Below are positions 59,434 through 64,000 of a stretch of 64,000 bases of DNA, piece by piece. Under the pieces are notes generated by a model, which worked only from the letters and a program-made list of their open reading frames with translations, was not told where the DNA came from and did not search any database. Positions within the stretch are counted from its first letter, which is position 1. Every line of letters starts with the position of its first letter. The stretch is from positions 17,617 to 81,616 of the IMG/VR virus record IMGVR_UViG_3300042542_005279; one strand, 5' to 3'. A program made the translations under genes and the position numbers. The stretch comes from a virus.

Positions 59434-60975
59434 ATGATGAAAAAACTTCAAGAAAAAGTAGAAAAAATAGCCAGTCAAATAAAAGAAGAAGAAACAAGGG
59501 ATAATGAAAAATTATTTATAAATGAAATGAAAAAAATAGGAATTGAGAAATTACCTTACTCGTATTCCGCTTTAAAACAATTCATTGACCCTGAAACAAT
59601 GTCTTACCACTATAACGGACATTACAAAACTTATGTTGATAAATTAAATGATGCATTAAGTAAAAAAGATTATGGTGATGTTGAGTTAGAGGAAATAATT
59701 AAATCAATTAGCAAGTACAACAAGACCATAAGAAATAATGCGGGTGGAGCGTTCAACCACGCACTTTTTTGGAAAATGTTATCTCCAACTGAACAGAAAT
59801 GTACAGGAACAATTTACGAAAGAATTAAAAAAGATTTTCATAACTTTTTGGGATTCAAACAAGAATTCACTGAAAAGGCCAAGAAAAACTTTGGTTCAGG
59901 ATGGATATGGCTTGTGTTAACAAAATCGGGTTCTTTAAAGATTATGACAACTCCAAACCAAGATAATCCACTTATGAATATTGTAAGAAATGGGGGTTAT
60001 CCACTTTTGGGTCTTGATTTGTGGGAACACGCTTATTACTTGAGATATAAGAACAAAAGGGACGATTACATCAAAAACTTTTTCAAAGCAATAAATTGGA
60101 AGTTTGTCGGTAAAATGTATAACATGAAGTTAAAGAATAAACTTAATGAGTCGGCACATGTAAAATCTGTATTATCGGAGGGTGTTAGTGAAAGTTGTTC
60201 AAGAGAAGAAAACGAGGCGTATCGTTTTATATTTAATCTGAATCCAATGGTTAAACAGATTTATAAAAAAACAATTCAATCTGTTTTGAAAGAAGTTTTT
60301 TCAGATAGATACTACGAGGAAAATGAGTATAAAGACGGGGAAATGGCCGGTGTTTATAATTTAGAAGGTGAAGGAAGGTCGGTGTTGAATTATTTAAACA
60401 CAAACATCAGAGGGTTTTGTATTTTAGTAAAAGACATTAATAAACTATTGAGGGTTAAAAACGAAACCCCATTAAAATTTGTCGGTGTGTCACCCCGAGA
60501 ACAATTAAATGAAGTTCAAAGAATGTGTCAAATAATCGAACAATTCAAATTCAGAATCTTTTCAACTAAATCTAAAACTTTTGAAAATCTTATATCAACG
60601 TTAAGTAAGACCGAACAACTTGGTAAAATGACTGAGGAGTTTACGGTTGTTAAATTGAAAGAAAAATACGGAGATGATAATGTATCACTTGTGGGTAAAT
60701 TGGGTAGTTCAAAAGACGCTAAAGAAGGTATTGATGCGGAAATAATTGTTGATGGTGAAACTAAAACAGCCCAAATCAAACCTTTTGGTAGTTATAATTT
60801 AGATAAAGATACTTATACAGTATATAATACTGCCAACGTAAAAGAATATAATACAGATTGGATTGTATTTTATAATAAAAAATTTGGTATATTTGTATTC
60901 GATAATCGCAACACTAAGATTGTGGGGGGAAATTACACTATACCATCAACATCTTTAATTGAGATTATCAAATGA
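59434..60975 (+). CDS. sodA: Fe/Mn superoxide dismutase (Mn/cambialistic signature) fused to a C-terminal region with a PD-(D/E)XK-like nuclease motif
   Basis: LPYSYSAL, HYNGHYKTY, NNAGGAFNH, FGSGWIWL, PNQDNP and DLWEHAYY give all four metal ligands; the extra ~270 aa end in GKMTEE...DAKEGID...TAQIKP. Confidence 0.85.
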   Translation: MMKKLQEKVEKIASQIKEEETRDNEKLFINEMKKIGIEKLPYSYSALKQFIDPETMSYHYNGHYKTYVDKLNDALSKKDYGDVELEEIIKSISKYNKTIRNNAGGAFNHALFWKMLSPTEQKCTGTIYERIKKDFHNFLGFKQEFTEKAKKNFGSGWIWLVLTKSGSLKIMTTPNQDNPLMNIVRNGGYPLLGLDLWEHAYYLRYKNKRDDYIKNFFKAINWKFVGKMYNMKLKNKLNESAHVKSVLSEGVSESCSREENEAYRFIFNLNPMVKQIYKKTIQSVLKEVFSDRYYEENEYKDGEMAGVYNLEGEGRSVLNYLNTNIRGFCILVKDINKLLRVKNETPLKFVGVSPREQLNEVQRMCQIIEQFKFRIFSTKSKTFENLISTLSKTEQLGKMTEEFTVVKLKEKYGDDNVSLVGKLGSSKDAKEGIDAEIIVDGETKTAQIKPFGSYNLDKDTYTVYNTANVKEYNTDWIVFYNKKFGIFVFDNRNTKIVGGNYTIPSTSLIEIIK

Positions 60976-62117
60976 AAATTTTAATATCTGAAAGTCAATT
61001 AGTTAGATTAACAGAGAAATATTTAGACCAAGATGAAATGTTTGACGACGATTATTTAAATGTTTTATATAAAAAAACTCGTAAAAAAAACAACTCAGCA
61101 ATTAAACTTTTGGCTTTGAGGTCATCGCTAACCGACCAAAAATTAATAACCGATTTGAACAAAAGTATTGAAACTCTATACAAATTTTTTAATAGGAAGA
61201 ATTCAGGTCTTTTACCAAAAATATTGGAACTATCATTGATAGATAGAAACAAAACCATAAATGACTTGAAGGTGGTTGCTGATTTCATCAATGATGAAGA
61301 ATTTAATGATGATGTGACCAAAAAACAATTATTAAAATTAAGAGATATGTCCATAGTTCCTGATGATTTAGAAGATATATTAAAAAATGTTAGAGAAAAA
61401 GAATATTCAAAATATGAGAAAGAATTCGAGGGTGATTATTTTGACCTAAGTAGGACTGCTCTTTCTTTACAATATAAATGCGGTGAAGACCTTGATAATA
61501 ATTTTTTGGAAAAAATACAAAGATTCAAAAGTGTCTCTACTGATGATTTTCAAAAATTACTCTTAAAGATAAAAAATTGTGTTAAGTCATCTTTAAGTGA
61601 TAAGGTTGTTATAAAATCAGACATAGTGTCTAAAACCCCTCTTTATGTTGTGGATAATGGAAAAAAAACTGAGGTATTCCCATCTGGTTCTAACTTTGAG
61701 GTCAAGAAGATGGACGTTAATATAGATAGTTACTTGTCAGAATTTTTTTCAATTTTTAAACAATCAAAAAATAAACAATACAAGGGTTCACATTTAGAAA
61801 TTTATAACTCAGTAATTCGTGGTCTTTATGAGTGGGTAAAAGGTGAGGGTCAAGAATATCTTGATAGTATTAAAAATAATATGGAGGGTATTGTTTATGA
61901 AAATTATACAATTGTACCCATTAAATTTATAGATTTCTATTGGTCAAATGTTGGTCAAAGAGGATGTAATGAATTGAGATTATCTATTAGATTCCGTATA
62001 AAACCGGATTATCAAAATAAAACAATCGACACATACATTTTTAATAAAAATTCCGATATTTTAGAGAAAAAACAATTATATGTTGCTAAAAAAGAGGTTG
62101 AAAAGGTAGTTTGTTAG
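60972..62117 (+). CDS. Hypothetical protein with N-terminal MKILISESQL tag; possible PD-(D/E)XK-like motif
   Basis: 381 aa, ATGA overlap with the SOD fusion; KSDIV...NFEVKK. Confidence 0.55.
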   Translation: MKILISESQLVRLTEKYLDQDEMFDDDYLNVLYKKTRKKNNSAIKLLALRSSLTDQKLITDLNKSIETLYKFFNRKNSGLLPKILELSLIDRNKTINDLKVVADFINDEEFNDDVTKKQLLKLRDMSIVPDDLEDILKNVREKEYSKYEKEFEGDYFDLSRTALSLQYKCGEDLDNNFLEKIQRFKSVSTDDFQKLLLKIKNCVKSSLSDKVVIKSDIVSKTPLYVVDNGKKTEVFPSGSNFEVKKMDVNIDSYLSEFFSIFKQSKNKQYKGSHLEIYNSVIRGLYEWVKGEGQEYLDSIKNNMEGIVYENYTIVPIKFIDFYWSNVGQRGCNELRLSIRFRIKPDYQNKTIDTYIFNKNSDILEKKQLYVAKKEVEKVVC

Positions 62118-62138
62118 ATATTTATATATAAACTAACT

Positions 62139-63263
62139 ATGGCTGTTATTCCTGAACCTGAAAGAACCAAACTTTACACTCAAGTAAAACATTTACTTGG
62201 AGCACCTTTACGTTCTATTGAAATAGTTGATGAACAAATGGATACTCTTTTGGAGTTTTCCGTTCAAGATTATGCTCAGTATGTTCAAGATTGGTTAATT
62301 GAATCTCAATGGACTTCTTTATATAATCTAAATTTGGATACTCAATCTTTATCAAGAGCGTTTGTAACAAAGAGTTTAGATTGGGAAACAAGATACTCAT
62401 ATGCATACTCAAAGATTGTGGGACTACAAACCAATGGAGATTGGGTTTTGAAAAAGGATTTTATTCAATTAGAAAGAGGAAAGCAAATTTATGAGATACC
62501 CGCAGGTCGTGAATTGAATGAATTGTTATGGTTTACTCCCGCAACACTAAACAATATTTTCTTTGACCCTTGGTCTTTTGGAGGTATTGGTTCAGGAGGA
62601 TTGGGTGGTCCTGGTGGATTTGCTCAGATGGGTAACACGGTTGGTTCATACTTTATGATGCCCGCTTTTGATATGTTACTTCGTATGCAAGAAGTTAATA
62701 TTCAAAGAAGAATTATTGCTGGAGATTTAACTTATCGTGTGACCGCATTACCTGATGGTAAAAAGGCAATTCATTTGATGCAGACTCCAGGTGGAAAATT
62801 CGACTTCGGAAATGCTAATCTAATGAGAGGACAAGTATGGTATTGGTATTATGATACTGAAGGTGCTGATAGGGATGATTGTTTAAAAAGTAATCCTGAT
62901 ATTATAAAATTACCATCTGATGTTCCTTTTGATGAATTATCTTGGATTGATTTGAATAATCCCGCTAAGCAGTGGGTTCGTAGATGGTTTATTGCATATG
63001 TTAAAGAAACCTTATCAAGAGTAAGAGGAAAGTATAGTGGTAACTTAAAAACACCCGATTCTGAATTAACTATGGATTATACATCTTTAGCCACTGAAGC
63101 GAAGGATGAAAAGACAAAATTAATTGAGGAATTAATTGGCGCCGAGGGTAGATTGACAAGGTTAAAGCCTGAAAAGGTTATGGAAAGGGAGGCTCTGATT
63201 GCTGAAAATCTAAACAAACAAATGAAATTCAGAGCATTCCCAAGACAAATATATGTAATTTAA
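62139..63263 (+). CDS. Neck protein / head-tail adaptor (T4 gp13-like)
   Basis: VKHLLGAPLRSIEIVDEQMD N-terminus and WVRRWFIAYVKETLSRVRGKYSG...LATEAKDEKTKLIEEL C-terminus. Confidence 0.8.
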   Translation: MAVIPEPERTKLYTQVKHLLGAPLRSIEIVDEQMDTLLEFSVQDYAQYVQDWLIESQWTSLYNLNLDTQSLSRAFVTKSLDWETRYSYAYSKIVGLQTNGDWVLKKDFIQLERGKQIYEIPAGRELNELLWFTPATLNNIFFDPWSFGGIGSGGLGGPGGFAQMGNTVGSYFMMPAFDMLLRMQEVNIQRRIIAGDLTYRVTALPDGKKAIHLMQTPGGKFDFGNANLMRGQVWYWYYDTEGADRDDCLKSNPDIIKLPSDVPFDELSWIDLNNPAKQWVRRWFIAYVKETLSRVRGKYSGNLKTPDSELTMDYTSLATEAKDEKTKLIEELIGAEGRLTRLKPEKVMEREALIAENLNKQMKFRAFPRQIYVI

Positions 63264-63264
63264 T

Positions 63265-63600
63265 ATGGCAATTATTCGTTCAATACCTTCTGAAAAAGTA
63301 ATTGGTGGTAGAATTATAAAATCATCTGAAATTGTTATTGTATCTGAACCTGAATATACATCTAATGGTGAGGGATTAATAATTGTAAAAGATATTAGTT
63401 TTTGTAAATTGAAATTAAATCATGCCGCAACTGACCACGTTAGGGTTAAGTCGTTAACAAACACTTTAATAATTCCTGATATTGGAATGTTTGATGAAAA
63501 ATATGATGAGTTATCAATTACATCCGAATCGTGTGTTGAGTTTTATTTTGCCCAAGGACATTGGTACATTACATCAAGTGATGGGTTAAAGTTATCTTAA
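63265..63600 (+). CDS. Hypothetical beta-rich protein
   Basis: 111-aa ORF immediately after the neck gene. Confidence 0.6.
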   Translation: MAIIRSIPSEKVIGGRIIKSSEIVIVSEPEYTSNGEGLIIVKDISFCKLKLNHAATDHVRVKSLTNTLIIPDIGMFDEKYDELSITSESCVEFYFAQGHWYITSSDGLKLS

Positions 63601-63998
63601 ACTATTCTCCCTCCTTTTTTGAAATTATCTTGGGACCACAATGGTTGTAAATTAGTGTAATGACATAATTTAAAAACCTCTTCTTCTGTTTTTGCCGTAC
63701 ATAATGGTATTATATGGTCGATGTGCCAACCATAAAAACCGTAATTATCCCAAGTCATACCTTCTAAAAATTTTTTCTCCAAATATTCTTTAAGAAATTC
63801 AGGAGTACAACCAACAACATCAAATGTTTTATTTTTTTTTGTAATTTTATTTGACGATAAAAAAACATTAATCCTTCTTCTTATGTTTTCCGAAAGTTTT
63901 ACAATGTTTGATTCTTTTCTTCTTTTATTAGAATAATACGTTCTATATTCAGTAATTTTACTTTTATTTTTAAGTTTATACTCGTTTCGTGAAAGTTT
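63597..63998 (-). CDS. HNH (endonuclease VII-like) homing endonuclease, 5' end beyond the window
   Basis: Frame is open to the window edge (...KTFDVVGCTPEFLKEYLEKKFLEGMTWDNYGFYGWHIDHIIPL...HYTNLQPLWSQDNFKK); HIDH...N...N motif. Confidence 0.85.
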   Translation of the reverse strand, partial: KLSRNEYKLKNKSKITEYRTYYSNKRRKESNIVKLSENIRRRINVFLSSNKITKKNKTFDVVGCTPEFLKEYLEKKFLEGMTWDNYGFYGWHIDHIIPLCTAKTEEEVFKLCHYTNLQPLWSQDNFKKGGRIV

Positions 63999-64000
63999 GA

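Noticed and set aside
689-62412. Numerous 60-130-aa ORFs nested in or antisense to long genes
   Set aside because: They overlap well-supported genes, lack motifs and are expected by chance; only the +1 ORF at 50030 was kept
1-64000. Stop-codon reassignment as seen in some large phages
   Set aside because: Genes are full length and tightly packed in the standard code; TAA, TAG and TGA all end genes
1-64000. tRNA, rRNA or large structured ncRNA genes
   Set aside because: Intergenic gaps are at most ~120 nt and AT-rich; no cloverleaf or T-loop motif was seen by eye (a tRNAscan/Infernal run would confirm)

Overview
This is an AT-rich, densely coding 64-kb segment of a large (probably jumbo) contractile-tailed, T4-like dsDNA bacteriophage using the standard genetic code. 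Most genes are on the minus strand. The tail, baseplate and neck genes are: gp13-, gp14- and gp15-like neck/terminator proteins, a 1072-aa sheath, tail tube, tail-assembly chaperone with a probable +1 frameshift, tape measure, an OmpA-domain tube/baseplate protein, a LysM/gp53-like protein, a 2.1-kaa hub, gp25- and gp6-like wedge proteins, and Cys-rich/SprB-repeat adhesin-like fibres. A replication and nucleotide block (gp32-like SSB, RecA/UvsX, 5'-3' exonuclease, DnaB-like helicase, nrdB-nrdA) splits these genes, and a RuvC resolvase ends the left structural run. At the right end, plus-strand genes encode a SNF2 helicase, a superoxide dismutase fused to a probable PD-(D/E)XK nuclease domain, an unknown protein and the gp13-like neck protein; a truncated HNH endonuclease gene follows on the minus strand. 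SprB repeats, the nrdB-nrdA type and scarce Shine-Dalgarno sites point to a Bacteroidota host (inference). Highlights: (1) a possible head-packaged cargo system, in which the SOD-nuclease polyprotein has L/I-x-E protease-like sites at its domain boundaries and other proteins share an '(I/V)(S/T)ESQL' tag; (2) a UUU-CGG +1 frameshift in the tail chaperone; (3) a TATTTAT motif, the reverse complement of the T4 late promoter core, upstream of about 18 genes; (4) two small genes missed by the ORF track. No tRNA, rRNA, CRISPR array, intein or integrase was seen. All family assignments come from motif recognition by eye, not from database searches.
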